Below, piece by piece: positions 1-12,559 of a DNA stretch of 64,000 nucleotides. Position 1 is the stretch's first letter, and the number at the start of each line of letters is the position of its first letter. This DNA comes from Neoechinorhynchus agilis (taxonomy: Eukaryota > Animalia > Acanthocephala). Below the pieces are notes generated by a model. It was not told the origin of the DNA and did no database searches. It saw only the letters and a list, made by a program, of their open reading frames with translations. Made by a program: the position numbers and the translations under genes. The stretch lies in assembly GCA_051530055.1 (NCBI GenBank), contig CM121342.1:8943480-9007479 (forward strand), written 5' to 3'.

Positions 1-38
1 CGAATTTTCAAGGCCTCCGCCTCCTTCTCAAACATCGA
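1..38 (-). ncRNA. Minimal type I hammerhead ribozyme (PLE type), cut by the window edge
   Basis: Minus strand reads tgt-TTGAGAA-g-gaggc-ggag-gcctt-GAAA-at-TC-g: U3-A8 core variant, 5-bp helix II, palindromic AATT helix III. Confidence 0.6.
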
Positions 39-190
39 AAAATGGTACCTAAGTTGATAGCCTTGACTCGGGTGCGTGGGGACCGTCGATTCCCGAGGTG
101 ATTCCTCGTCGTAAGCCTTAGACCATGATTGCTCTTGTTCCCCTCCATTGTGTCCTCCATGTCAATGAGCAGAGCCTCATCCATTTTTAG

Positions 191-228
191 ATGCTTGAGA
201 AGGATGCTGAGGCCTTGAAAATTCGCAA
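191..228 (+). ncRNA. Minimal type I hammerhead ribozyme (PLE type)
   Basis: tgc-TTGAGAA-g-gatgc-tgag-gcctt-GAAA-at-TC-gca: helix I tgc/gca, helix II with one mismatch, AATT helix III, cleavage after C224. Confidence 0.6.
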
Positions 229-513
229 GATTGATTTCAATAAAACTCGAGTGTGTTACAATTCGCCATTGAGAATACACATCCACTCGAAGGGACGGAG
301 AATTTTACTACCTTTGCATAGAGCGTGCTTAGACGCTGCTGATTTTACAGGCTAAACGACGTACCAAGTTTTTCCTTACATTCTCAAAGATTTACGATTG
401 AATACGTCACTAACTTTCCATGACCTCGAGAGATAAATGACCACATTGACGTTTAGATACGAAAGAAACAACGAAATTCCTCATTAAGTTTTTGTAAAGG
501 ATCTGAGAGGACG

Positions 514-975
514 ATGACTACCGAGGAGGCGATGGACGTTGATTTTTCGCCATCATCTGAGTTAATTGATATGCCTTACGAGCAGAAACTTTCATATGTT
601 AACGCGATCAGTCGTCCACTCGCTAATCGCAAACTGGCTAAACGAATCTATCGACTTTTAAAGGATTCCGCGACTGAGTCTAACAAAACTTTGATTAGAA
701 ATAACGTTAAAGACGTTCAGAAATCAATAAGAAAATGCGAAAAAGGAATTGTGATTCTGGGTGGAAATGTAACTCCGATCGATACTTATTCCCATATTCC
801 GGTCCTTTGTGAAGACAACAAGATTCCATACGTCTTCGTTCCCTGCAAAGAAGATTTACAGGCTTGTCTTGGTTGTCGATCTCTCGTTAATTGTGTAATG
901 GTCAAAAGATCGGACGCAAATGGCGAAATGTACGATAAATGTGCAGCAAAGATTAACGAGACGCTTTCTTATTGA
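514..975 (+). CDS. NHP2: H/ACA snoRNP subunit NHP2 (L7Ae family), intronless
   Basis: 153-aa ATG ORF with the NHP2-type sequence VNAISRPLANRKLAKRIY...VKDVQKSIRK...GIVILGGNVTPID..SHIPVLCED.KIPYVFVP.KEDL. Confidence 0.92.
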   Translation: MTTEEAMDVDFSPSSELIDMPYEQKLSYVNAISRPLANRKLAKRIYRLLKDSATESNKTLIRNNVKDVQKSIRKCEKGIVILGGNVTPIDTYSHIPVLCEDNKIPYVFVPCKEDLQACLGCRSLVNCVMVKRSDANGEMYDKCAAKINETLSY

Positions 976-1149
976 AGAATCTTTGTTTGATTATTTGTTG
1001 AGAAATTCCATTTTCGAACGTTTTTTAGTAACTCAGAAACGAATTTAGTGCGAAACCGATTTTCATTATACAAAACTAAATACTTTCATTGATTTTAATA
1101 TGAAATCGGTAATGAAACTTCTTGTCATTCATTGTTAACACATTCAATC

Positions 1150-2010
1150 GATTCTCTTCCGCCTTAATTTCTACCACACATTTCTCCTTTTAATCACACC
1201 CAACATTTTCCATCCTTCAATTTCTCGAACAAATCTGTACCTCCGCTTTTTCTTCTCCACCGCCCAATCCTCCAAATGCGAATTGATTCGCAGGAAAGAG
1301 CGGAAAACAACAACTACAAATTAAGCAACCAAAGTTCTATAAAGTGTACAAGATTCACGGGATACCTAAGTAATAAAGTTCGTTGACTTGTGCTTCGTTT
1401 TAATAAAACGCGTTTATATATATGCATAAGTGGGTTCTTGTTCACAATAAATAGTTTGCCATTCATTTAGTTTTCAAAATCGACTTAACTAAGATTTATA
1501 AGGACTTTTCATTAAACTTCTAAAAGAAGCAGAAATTTTTACGGTTCTAATTTTCAATTTCTCGCACAGAGTTCTCCGCTATTTCTTCTCCACCTCCAAA
1601 TGCGAATTGATTCGGAGGAAAGAGCGAAAAACAACAACCTTACAACTTTAACTTACAACACTCGTCGCCCCAACATTTTCCATCCTTCAATTTCTCGCAC
1701 AAATCTGTACCTCCGCTCTTTCTTCTCCACCGCCAATCCTCCAAATGTGAATTGATTCGGAGGAAAGAGCGGAAAACAACAACTACAAATTAACCAATTA
1801 AAATCAAATAAATCTACCACAAACAATAACAACCAATTCCCCACCCCAACGGACGGATATTAACATACGATCGGACATCCCCCGACCGGATACTCCCATC
1901 CGACCGAACCCGTAATCCCCCTCAAAATAAACAACCGCATTCGTTTGGTAAATCAGTGCTCTCGAGGACGCAGAGGTTCATGGTTTCTCTGTTTGTATCA
2001 ATAAAATGTG
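1150..2010 (+). mobile_element. LINE 3'-end remnant with internal tandem duplications
   Basis: A 100-160-nt block (ctccgctntttcttctccacc...caaatgcgaattgattcg...acaacaac) recurs at ~1200, ~1570 and ~1670. 1880-1940 is homologous to 4790-4850. An inverted copy lies at 27930-28120. Confidence 0.5.
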
Positions 2011-2512
2011 TTGTTGAATACGCACCGCTGAAGTATTGGCTGTGCAATCGTGATAAAACAGTTTCTTAGAACTTAAAAAAAGAAATTCACAGCTTAAGTC
2101 GCGTGAAGCTATCTTTTTTCAAAAGCTTAATCTTTACTGCTAGTGATGATGATATCGATTCAATCACTAAACATTTATTCACATCAACATTATGAGTTGC
2201 AATTCAAATTTCATCTCATCGTATTCATTTGCGGCTACCGAGATTTCCCGCATTATCGAATTCAAACATCGGTATTAAAGCAATGATTATCTTCAGTTTC
2301 CATAAATATTAGCAACAGACTCAAATCCGTTTAATTTTTTAATCATTCTCAAACAAATTCGCAATGTTTCAATGCCGTACAAAAAAATAGAGGTTGTATC
2401 GAATGAAAAAATTTCCTTCTTCCAAAGACGATAAATTCCTACGTTTTCCTCGAAAAAGTTTCTCTTCCCAAGTCTTTATCCAGGTAAAAGTTTACTCGTC
2501 GTCCGAAAAGGC

Positions 2513-2676
2513 ATACTTACCTGGTTCCGGAGTTAACGGTGATCAAGGAGGCCGTTCTCCCGGGCAGAGGCCCCTCCATTGTACTTCGGTGGTGGCTGAC
2601 GTCTGCGATTTCCCCAAATCGGGGAAACTCGGGAATGGAATTTTTGGGTGTGGGGATTGCGTTCGCGCTTTCCCCT
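2513..2676 (+). ncRNA. U1: U1 spliceosomal snRNA
   Basis: Starts ATACTTACCTGG. Loop I GATCAAGGAG, loop II CATTGTACTT, stem III GCGATTTCCCCAAATCGGGGAAACTCG, Sm site AATTTTTGG, 3' stem ending GCGTTCGCGCTTTCCCC; ~164 nt. Confidence 0.97.
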
Positions 2677-3329
2677 TTAATTACAATATAACGAAAAGAC
2701 TTTTCCTATGCGGGGGAAGGAGCTTTCGGATTTCAATGGTTTCAGTTCGGTAAACCTTGAAACGATTGCGTTCGTGCTTCGTTTTGGCGTCGAGATAGCG
2801 CGGCGCACGACTTGGTCAAGCAATTGTATGAGAGATCGAGACGAATCACTGGCGAGCTGGGGCATTCCTCCTGCTGTGAATGATCTTATGGCTTAAAATA
2901 AAATTTAGGAATTTAAAAAAGCGTTGCGAAATTTAATGATTTAATCTTTTTTTAAAGAAAACAAGAATTTTTTAAGCAACCATACATAATTTATAGTTTC
3001 TTCAACGCTCCTATTCATCGGCGCTAAAAAAAGAAAAAAAATGATTTAATCTATAATTTCGAACGTGCAAAGTTCCGACGAGAACTGAGAATGCAGTATT
3101 TTGTTTCGGAATCTAAATTATACTAAAACTCATCAAGTAATTTATTCTATTTTCTTGGAATCGATTTATTTTAAAATTAAGAAATTCAGGTCAATCACAA
3201 ATATGAAAATTCGATAAGTCGTTTTTATGGTCGTCGCAGAACGTCTTGCAATTTTCCTCTCTTTTAAACATGAATGCGAAATTGCCAAAAAATTACGCAA
3301 TGACATAAAAAATTTGTTTTGATCACTCA

Positions 3330-4260
3330 GGTAGCCGAACTCAGAAGCATATTTACCCAACTCTTCCACTTGCCAACTCCCGCAAACTACATCCCAGTTC
3401 AAGCTCTTTCAAACAGCCATTTCCCATCATTCTTTTCACTAACATAAGAGGTCTGTTACCAAAAATAGATAATCTTTCACTTTTGGCCACTACCACCAAC
3501 GCAGACATTCTAGTCATCGTGGAAACATGGCTGCACTCCTCCAAATCCGACATCACCTTGATTCCTGCCTACACGTCTTTCCACTCTTACAGAGACGAAT
3601 GAGCAGGAGGTGGAGTCCCTATTTTCATTCGGTCCGACCTCCCTTACTCCCTCTCCCCTTCAACTCCTTACCAATCACCATACTTAGAGTACATCTACAT
3701 AACGATCTCTCCCAAACTCCGCTCAGGCAGCCGAAATTTAACCATTACCTGTATCCATCGTCCTCCCTCAACCAATCTACAAATGGCATCACAGGAGATT
3801 GATGCAATGATAGCAAATCTTCACTCGCTTGGTCCTGACTTCGTCCAGTTAGTAAAATTTCCTACCCGCCACAACTCACATCTCGATAAAATCTTTACTA
3901 ACATCCACAAATACAAGGATGCTAAGAACTATCACCAATCTCATCCTCAGACCATTGCGCAATAATCCTCTCTCCCTCCGCTTTTCCTTATCAATCAAAG
4001 TTTCAAGGCCGGAATCATCCCTAATTGCCTTAAAACAGCTCGGGTAACCCTGCTCCCGAAAGCAGGTAAACTTATGTCCACCTCAAGTTTTCGACCCACC
4101 TTTATCTTACATTCATTCTCTTAAATCTTAGAGAGATGCTTTAAGGCACACCTTCTACTAATCTTCAATCGAAAAATTTCACCAATTCAATTCGGTTTCT
4201 TGTACGGACGCCCTTGCATCTTCGATTCTCTTCTTCATAAGCTCGACGCCCAACCCTAAT
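3330..4260 (+). mobile_element. Degraded APE+RT LINE (CR1/L2-like)
   Basis: Frameshifted fragments: ILVIVETW (APE), LDKIFTN (APE C-terminus), GIIPNCLKTARVTLLPK...FRP...ILER...QFGF (RT N-terminus). Confidence 0.7.
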
Positions 4261-4499
4261 TTATCTCTCGACTCATCCCATAACCGAAAGTTCGTAAGCG
4301 AGGTCGTTATTATTGCTGTAGGGATAATCAATAAAGCGGGTGGAGTTATTCGATTTCCTCGGAGCTTTTAAAATCACAATCTTGGTGCCATTGTAGAACG
4401 TACAACAAATTTAAAATATCTGTAGTACGAACAGAAAAGCCCTCGGATAATTTACAAATGGAGCTTCTTATTAAATTTATTCTTTTCAATCCGAATATC

Positions 4500-4920
4500 C
4501 TCCCTTTTGCCTACACCTTTAAGATATATTTGTCCAACTTACAAATTCATTTATTTCCCACGCCCTTACCTATCACTCGTTTGTAAGCATTTATCCTTAA
4601 TTTAATGAGTCTACGTGAATTCGGCACTTCTTCCCAAAAAACGTAATTTCACTTTCCGGTTCAAAAACCCTAACTGTAGAGCTCCTTATCAATGTTTTCA
4701 TTAGATGTTTGGTGTTAGTACAACGCTCGTAGCTGACTAAAGACCCACCCTCAGAAACTCTCCTACAAAAAATAACCACCGATTCACCCACACGACCGGA
4801 TATTCTCACCTGAACGGATTCGTAATCTCCTCCAAATTCAACAACCACCACATTCATTTATCCTACCAGAAATCGAGGGGGTCCTATTCTTTGTGCATTA
4901 ACAAATAAAAAGTGTTATTA
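4500..4920 (+). mobile_element. LINE 3'-end remnant
   Basis: Homologous to 1880-1940 (gaccggata...cgtaatc...caacaacc); ends near AATAAA. Confidence 0.4.
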
Positions 4921-5583
4921 TCATATTTCTTTGAATTCTAACGACGATAGATTTAATAGCTTTCATAGGTTATAAAAGGCTATCGGAACCTTTGCCGTGT
5001 TTTCGTGGATTCCAACCCAGAATAATTTTTACACTTGTAGGATTCCTATACAATCGTAATCTTCCTATGCTAAGAGATTAAGTTAAATAAACAACCTCGG
5101 AAATAACGTGTACTATTAAATTGACGATGTTTTATTTGGAAGTTCTCCGTAAGCTGTAAACTTAAGGTGAGATGTTAAATAGTTATCAGGTTTAGATATA
5201 ATGAGACTTTGTTGAAGTTGCTCAAAAAATGTTCGCGTCTATTATGATGTTCGCATTTCGGCTCAGATTCTTATTTTATAAACTGGAATGAAGCAATTGA
5301 GGTTCTTGCACCTTGAATAGGAAACCTCTTGCTCTACATAGAATTTATTAAAGAAATTTGAAATTAGATCGACGTATATTTAGCCTGCAAACGAATGAAA
5401 TGTCTCTAAAAATGTTCATGCTTTGGAAATTCGTCTATCTTTTAAATCCCTCATAAATGCTTCTAATGAGATTTGACTGAACAAATCATCATTGAAGTGG
5501 CTTTTGTAAAGCAAAAAATCATGTTTTCAAAATCGAGTTTATAAAAGTTGAGTTAGACGAGTTTTTTTATTGAATTTCAATTG

Positions 5584-6480
5584 TTACCACTGCGACATCC
5601 CGTAGTAGGGCATCTGCTGCATCCAACTTGACATTCCGGGCATCCAACTTGACATTCCTGGCATTCCGGGCATTTGTGGCATTCCAGGCATCCAACTTGA
5701 CATTCCTGGCATTCCGGGCATTTGTGGCATTCCAGGCATCCAACTTGACATTCCTGGCATTCCGGGCATTTGTGGCATTCCAGGCATCATTGGCAGATTC
5801 TTGGGTTTTCGTCTGCACATTTTTGATAGAGTCGACGCGGTTGAAAACTATTCGGCTATGAGTTGATGAACTTGCAACTCGAATCCTTAAATACTCACTT
5901 TCTAAGGCGAGAACACAAAGTGTTTTTTTTCAAAACACCATCGGGGCGAAAACAATTTGTTTTGGTCGCTTAAAATTGATAAACGAAGCACGAAATTAGA
6001 AGATTGTAACAATCTATATTGCTGAAGCTTTGAAGAAACCATAAATATATAATAACACATTTGAAGTAAGTATTTTGCTAAACTATAAAAACTTCCAAAC
6101 AATACCTATAGTCTGTGTAAAAAAATCGATTCACAAACAACCTTACTGCACTGATCAAAACTGGTTTTACAAGGAGATGAATAACATCCCCGTTGCCCAG
6201 CTGCACGCAAATCTTTTGTTGACTTGAAGAGCGACTGTTTAAATCAGTAACGAATGCCAGAACATTTAAAGTGATAACTGCTTTAAAATAAGCACATCTA
6301 TAAGGAATTGCATTTGCACTAATCACAGGGAGAGCAAATGAGCTATTGTTAACTTACCATTTTGTTAGTCTGAATGATCCTTGACGAAAATGTGCTCTTA
6401 AATGAGAATAGGAAAAAGTACGCGCTGAAGAAATAGTGCTAGTTGTTTTTGAACACAAAGGAACAATTCTTTGCCATTCT
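5584..6480 (-). pseudogene. Unidentified spliced gene or fragment with a Met/Pro/Gly-rich repeat C-terminus
   Basis: 39-nt GT-AG intron at 6357-6319 joins ...IIQTNK-C-ANAIPYRCAYFKAVITL...; a further GTAAGG donor follows; ends in an MPGMPQMPGMPGMSSW repeat ORF. Duplicated at 24330-25130. Confidence 0.4.
5620..5790 (-). repeat. 48-nt in-frame tandem repeat (MPGMPQMPGMPGMSSW x3 plus partial)
   Basis: catccaacttgacattcc recurs at 5620, 5641, 5689 and 5737. Confidence 0.9.
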
Positions 6481-6845
6481 AAGCGTACTATAAAGCACAA
6501 TAAGATTATTATTGCTCTCTCTCATCAAACTTGCAGCAAATAAGAAAATAAACACAAAGAAAAGTCAAAAATGAGTGTTTTGGCCAAAGAATGAGGCCCT
6601 CTGACGGTTTAGCGATTATTGGCTTGGGAGCTTCGGTGCTTGTATCCATTAACTCACTCAAACTTTGATCTTGAACACCGCTTACTTTTCTAGTAATTGG
6701 ACGTTGATGTTCTTCATTCGTCCGTTTCTTGGTCTCAGCATCGGTCCAATCCTGTTTTATATCCTCAGTAAGCCCGGTTTTCTCATTTTCGAAAATCGAT
6801 TTTAGTTTAGAAGCCACTTGTTTGATGAGATGTTCTAGAATTGCA

Positions 6846-9233
6846 TTGTCATCGAGCTTTTTTAACTTATCGACGTGCTTGACGAAGGAAGCCGCGCGAA
6901 GTTTATAAAGTAGTTTCGGGATGAAGAGGGTATTCTTGATCAGGAATAGAGCCTCGTGTGACGAAAGTTCTCGGACTCTATCGCACAGCATCATGATGTT
7001 CAGGAATAGATGGTCGATCTCATTTTCCAAATTTGAATCAAAAACGCAGCTCCCTAGAAGGCTCAGCCGGTCCAGAGTGATAAATTTAAAACCGGGAGCC
7101 AGATTTCTAGAACCTTCGACGATTTCGCTCTGCGATGACTCGTCGTCGATGTTCATTACCAACAATTCGCATTTCCCTGCATTAAGCACAACGCCCAATC
7201 TCGCAGTCTCCCTTACGAGTGTCTCCAGATCGCGCAGTACTACGGAGGGATCACCTCCGAGGGGTAGCGTCATCAAGGTACCAAGCGTTAAAGTTGGAAC
7301 GGAGAGGGTGCGCTATTGGATTAACTGCAAAGGGAGAAAAGTAAATTGACCGAGAGGGGGTCTCCGCTGTACTCCTCTCTTTCGGACCAAATGAGATGAT
7401 CGTTGAACAGCATGGAGTCGGGGTCCCGCATGCGTTGAGAAAATAAGGAAAAGCTTCTGCACATTCCAAACAGATGGTACGGTGACGAACGGAGTATTTC
7501 GCGCCTACCAAAATCACATGATGGCGTTGAACGATTGTGATGTCTGGCGGCGACACGGCTTTCTGACCTGCAGGGTGTGCAGCATCCCCCAGTTGGAACT
7601 GGGCAAAGTTGCTGCCATATCCCTTCTGCAATACGGTTGCAAAGGATTTTACCTACGAGCCGACGTAGAGCAGAGCCAACGGCGTTGGGACGAATCCCAC
7701 CAGTCTTTTTGTTCAAAGCGCACAAAGATGTGCCAAAAAATAACTCAGTTGCCCGCGGATGTAAATTTGCTTTGATGAAAAGGTCGACTAGTCGACAAAG
7801 ATGGGTAGCAAGGAAGTGGCCTGCATCTCCAACTGAGAACGATATCTTATCCTTTAATTGCTGAGGATGAAGCCCATCGAGGCCATGGCCAGAGCCATTG
7901 GCGAAGAAGGATATGGTCATTCCCAGTTAAACTGTCGAAGTGGAGTGTCTTTGAGGGACGGAACATGTATGAATTTCTGTTTGGGTTGAACTTTGCGGAT
8001 GCTTCAACTTTAAAACCCTGAAGTGTGGAGGGCGAATCACTTGCAAACGTATCAGAGGAAGACAAAATACGGGCAGCTCCCCAAACATCTCCATCCGCGA
8101 GTTTTGAAGACACGTGCTTAGCAAGCTGTCTCGTAGATGCTCGATGGCAGTTAGTCTCATTCGCACGTTGTTTGGAATCCTCCTTTGCTAAACGACGAAT
8201 GCTCAAGAAACTTTCGTCAAAGGATACGAGGCGTCTTTTGATTACCGCAGTGAGGGACTCCTCCCAACTGTCGAAAGCGGAAAGTACAAGTCTAGGGAAG
8301 GCAAAGAGCCGTGTCCAAGAAGACTTTAAAATTTGCTCGAAGCAGTCCAGCAGAAGTGTGGTGAATCCTTTAGCTACTAGATATCGTGCGCCCTTTGGAA
8401 TCCGTTTCAGAATGTTCCTAGGAAGAACACGCACGAGATCAGCAGCGGAAGGAAGACTACCGTCGTCATCGGGGAGCGTCGACGGATTTTCTGGTGTTGC
8501 CGGTTGAAGCGATCGCGGGATTTGACCAGATCCTTCACAAAGTGATTTGGCGGGCCCATGAATGCGCAGAACCCCGAATTTCGTGATGGAAAAAGAGTCT
8601 AAACAAACGGGGCATAAACCTTTGGAGAGGCCTGGTGCTCCGGTAGCGTTGGGCGTTTCCTCGGCATTTGATTGGTCTGAATACGTAGTTGAACTGTCTT
8701 GGCTGGTTGCGTCAAATTGAATCATTGCAGCGGCATAAGGATCGTGTGTTTGACGTGCAAATGAAATTGCTAACCAAAAGAAGATTTTGGCGAACAGAAT
8801 TTAGGCCTGGTTTCCCTTTAGCGTTGGGCGTTTCCTCGGTATTTGAGTGGTCCGAATACGTAATTGGGCTGTCGTGGCTTGTTGCGTCAAATTCTATCAT
8901 TGCAGCGTCAACAGGTCGTGGCATCGGATAAGGATCGTGTGTTTGCCGTGCAAATGAAATTGCTTGTCTCAAATTGGGTATTTGATGAACAGAATTTAGG
9001 CCTTGTTTCCCTTTAGCGTTGGGCGTTTCCTCGGTATTTGATGGGGCCGAATACGAAGTTGGGTTGTCGCCCTACGTCAAAATGTCGTGTCTCTAAGAGA
9101 TGGCCACAAGTAAGAATTGAACAAATTTTTAATTCGTGACGTTTCCGGGTCAATTTTCGTGTTTCGCGAGTTTTCAACTATGGTCTTTTAGCAACAAAAG
9201 ACCAGAGGGCAGCCAGCGATCTTTATCAGAGAA
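6846..9233 (-). mobile_element. CRE-clade non-LTR retrotransposon, 3'-truncated and frameshifted (copy 1)
   Basis: CPVC..F...LRIHG zinc-finger-like motif; ILKRIPKGAR; ALNKKTGGIRPNAVGSALRRLVGK; WYLDD; LNAGKCEL. Near-identical to 25470-27672 and 51005-53623. Confidence 0.85.
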
Positions 9234-9459
9234 TCAGACATTCAGAAACGGAATGCTTCATTCTAATAATAATAACACGTTTATTTGTTAATTACCAAAA
9301 AGTGATCCATGCATCTTTGGGTTCTCATGAACACTCGAATTTGCAGGATATTGATTTTGGTACTTCTTTAAGATTCGTTGAGAGATTTGAAGAATTTTTT
9401 CTCAAGTAAGCTGACGATGGTTGGTAGAAATTGTTTTTGGTCTTTTAGTTGGTTTTGGT

Positions 9460-10490
9460 TAATTTGATTTTCCCTTCTCGCCACGGGAACACTGTTAACC
9501 CATCCGGTCTTCGACCGTCGAGTCTGCAGAGGTGACTCGGTTCGAGCAGATTCGGTGCGTGTATCGTGTTTAAGGCCCGACTAATAACCGAGTTAATCTC
9601 AGCGTGGCGAGCATACCTGCCACCGGACTGGCGACAAACGAGACCGTGTCTGCCCAAAGAATCCACAAGGGCCCCACAACGACAGTAGTGTGGGGCACAA
9701 ATCGGGAGACCTAGTCGTAAGGACAATCCGATCTTTACTGTTTCGTCTCTGAGTGAATTTCCGAGAGAAGGAATCGGAACGGCGTTCAGCCAGGCACCAG
9801 ATTCCTTCGAAGAGACCGCCAACAATCTATCTCGGGTCACCTCATCACGTGCGTCGGAAAGCATTGAGCTATGAACTCGAGTGATTAAAGGTTTACCCCA
9901 AACTGACTGTCTCTTGCCTCTCAAAGTAACTTCATCGCACTGCGTAATGCGGCAAAACTCGAAGACCGCCTCTTTAAAATTTTCATCAAGTAAAAACTCT
10001 TTTTCGAGCAATTTAGCTACCAACTTTCGGCTGCTCTCATAGGAACCTAAAAAGGCCGGAATTGCAACATCGGCTGTTTTACGAATACCCAAACCGCCGG
10101 AAGATACAGGCAAGGAAGCTTGTCTCCATGCCTCATCCGACAGTTGGATATTTAAAATCCCTTCGAGACACCTTCTTAAATTATCATCAATTTTCGTCAA
10201 GGAGTGTCGATGTTTGAAGAAGGGCGCTGTACGCAACTTCGGAAGGAACAGGGCACTCTTTATTAAAAATAATGCCTGATGGGATGGAAGTTCCTTCGTA
10301 CGCTCGCAGAGCAATTCGACTCTCGGCGCTATTTGGAGGATCTCTTGAGGTATATTTTCATTAAAAACGCAGCTACCCAAAAGAGACAGTTGAGCACGCG
10401 AAATTATTTTGATGTTAGGTGCTAGCTGCGTAAAGTTGTTGAGGATCTCAGTTTGACTAGCGGCGTTTTCTGCATTCATCACAAACAGCT
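9460..10490 (-). mobile_element. CRE-clade element, C-terminal half (late RT, CCHC finger, REL endonuclease), second subfamily
   Basis: LNTSKCEL...LPVSSGGLGIR...ESGAWLNAVP...LRLG...HYCRCG...HGLVC...RHAEINSVI...LEP...RPDGLT..PW. Confidence 0.85.
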
Positions 10491-10850
10491 CACATTTCGA
10501 GGTATTAAGCTCAACGCCGAGCTTGGCAGCTTCCCTCATGACGACCTCTTGTTGATCGACCCGTCGGAGACGAATATGGACCGCCTTCAACACGAACTGA
10601 ATGGGATGGACAGTAATATTCAGTGGACGATCGAGGAGGAGGACCATGGTACGTTTCCTTTCCTGGATGTAAAGATAGCCCGGTTAACCAGTGGAAAATA
10701 CACGACCAACGTATACCGAAGGAAAGGTATACCTGTGGGCCTTGTGCCATGGACATCAGCCCAACCTCGCAAATACAAAATTTCGAGGATCAGGTCACTG
10801 GTCCACCGCGCTCTTACACACTGTAGCGACGCTAGGCTGTTCGGAATGTA
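10490..10850 (+). mobile_element. PLE reverse-transcriptase and thumb fragment
   Basis: DDLLLI...LNGMDSNIQWTIEEE..GTFPFLDV.I...TNVYRR...SAQPRKYKISRIRSLVHRALTHCS. Confidence 0.85.
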
Positions 10851-12559
10851 CGTTCGGTAGACCTCCAGAACTACGGATTCCCTTTTTTAAAACTTTTAAT
10901 GGTAAACTATGTAAATTATTTTTTTAATTGAACTTCGATGGTGACCTTTTTCAGCCATTTTTGCATAAATTATTTTTATCTAAAATGGTATGTGAAGGTA
11001 GAGTCTTCGGTTTTTAGAATACTATGTACGAAGGACTCGAACAATTTGGATTTCAATTCGATCTTGAGCGGAACATATAAGATGTTCCCAATGGAAAACA
11101 ACCAGTTCAACCAATTTTTAAGTTTTGTATCGGAACGAGAAGCAGGACGATTGGTGAAGGAACCTGAATCCCTATTGGACCTTCCTCACCTAATGCGCTG
11201 TGTAGTATTGTAACTAATTGCGCATGGTTTTCATATTACTGTGAGGCAATAGTAATGACTCAGGGATTTGATCGATCCGATGCTCAGCTTTATTCGTTGC
11301 CTTGATTGGTCTCGACCAACAACACAACGTTAGAAAAAGGAGAAAAGGAAAAACATTGCATGCGTGTCAATAATTGTATGGATGTGTGAGGCTGTGCAAT
11401 AAATAAATAAATTTCTGATAGCTTTGTTAGTTGCGATTTATGTTTATTTTATACTCAAAGTTAAATATTTCTAAAAAAACGACAACCTATGAAGGTAGTG
11501 TCAAGTGTTGCCGCGATGTTCTGAATTAGCTTTATCTTCGTTGTACTCGTCATGTTTGTGATAACCCCAGATTTTAAAGGCATTTCGAGCACTGTTGAAT
11601 TTTTTCGATATTGAAATCTCGATGAGTTTTGGAAGAGATGCAAAAACTTTGCGTAAAATTTTCAATTCAGTTTCAACTTCTTTACTTAAATAACGATATT
11701 TGCAGATTAACTCTTTATCGTGTACATGATGTTTAAAGATTAAATTAAATTTTCATTTCTTACAAAAATAAAAGTTCGTACACAATGTAGCCAATAAAAA
11801 TGAAAGGTCACGTATTTGACCAATAAAAATTAGTTCTTTGTTTTTAAAAAAGCGCATTACTTTCAAAACAACCAGCTGAATCTGTTGAAATGCTTAAATA
11901 ATAGATTTGCTCAGTTATGAACGTCATACGAATCATCTTTAAAGATTAATAGGGCGAAGAAAGCTGATATCAAGAATAATTTGTGCGCATTTTTGTACTT
12001 TATTATCGTTTGAAAAGACTTCTGTTGATCAAAAAATTTCTTGACCAATATATTTCGAGGTTTGCAAATCTTTGCAAGTTGCTTGGACCACTAAAGAAAA
12101 TGGATGCTTTTTTGGCAATGAAGTAAGAAAATTAGATTCCCCGAGGTTATCAAAGTGCTCGAATTCTCTTAATTACGTTCGTGTGTTTCCTAAGGTTAAT
12201 TAAATGCTTTTTGAAGGCCGTAAAACCTATTTGGCAATATCCTCGGTCACGAGACAATTTTTACTCGACATTTGCATGTGATTTAATCACGGATCAATAT
12301 TAATCCAATTAACTTTTAGATAACTTCCAAAAAACCCGTGATAACAACACCTAGCCTACAACGGCCGATAGAAGAAATTTGCTAGATAGTCGATTATCCG
12401 ATAAAAGCAGACCAATGGGACCAAATTTGTGTTCAGTAGCAGGTCAAGGAGGTAGGCCTATGAACTGTAATGAACTTCTATCGAATGATGTTCACAATCC
12501 TATAGAACCGATTATGCTCGCCTGAAGACGGAATCAATGAACGTTCAGGTTCTGCGAAT

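Larger units (their letters stand above)
1..230 (-). mobile_element. Penelope-like element (PLE) 3' remnant, 5'-truncated, flanked by inverted hammerhead-containing repeats
   Basis: Minus-strand peptide EALLIDMEDTMEGNKSN matches the GIY-YIG C-terminal tail of the other PLEs here (EAFLINAERTMEGNKSN at 57.3 kb; EAIHIRGNPTMEGNKSN at 20.0 kb). 3-45 and 181-223 are imperfect inverted repeats. Confidence 0.75.

Noticed and set aside
6921-8507. Long plus-strand ORFs (e.g. 6921-7349, 8025-8507 and their copies at 25545, 26653, 51896, 53168)
   Set aside because: Antisense shadows of the CRE reading frame.
12522-12552. cctgaagacgg...aacgttcagg, a hammerhead-like fragment
   Set aside because: No helix II 3' strand and no GAAA.
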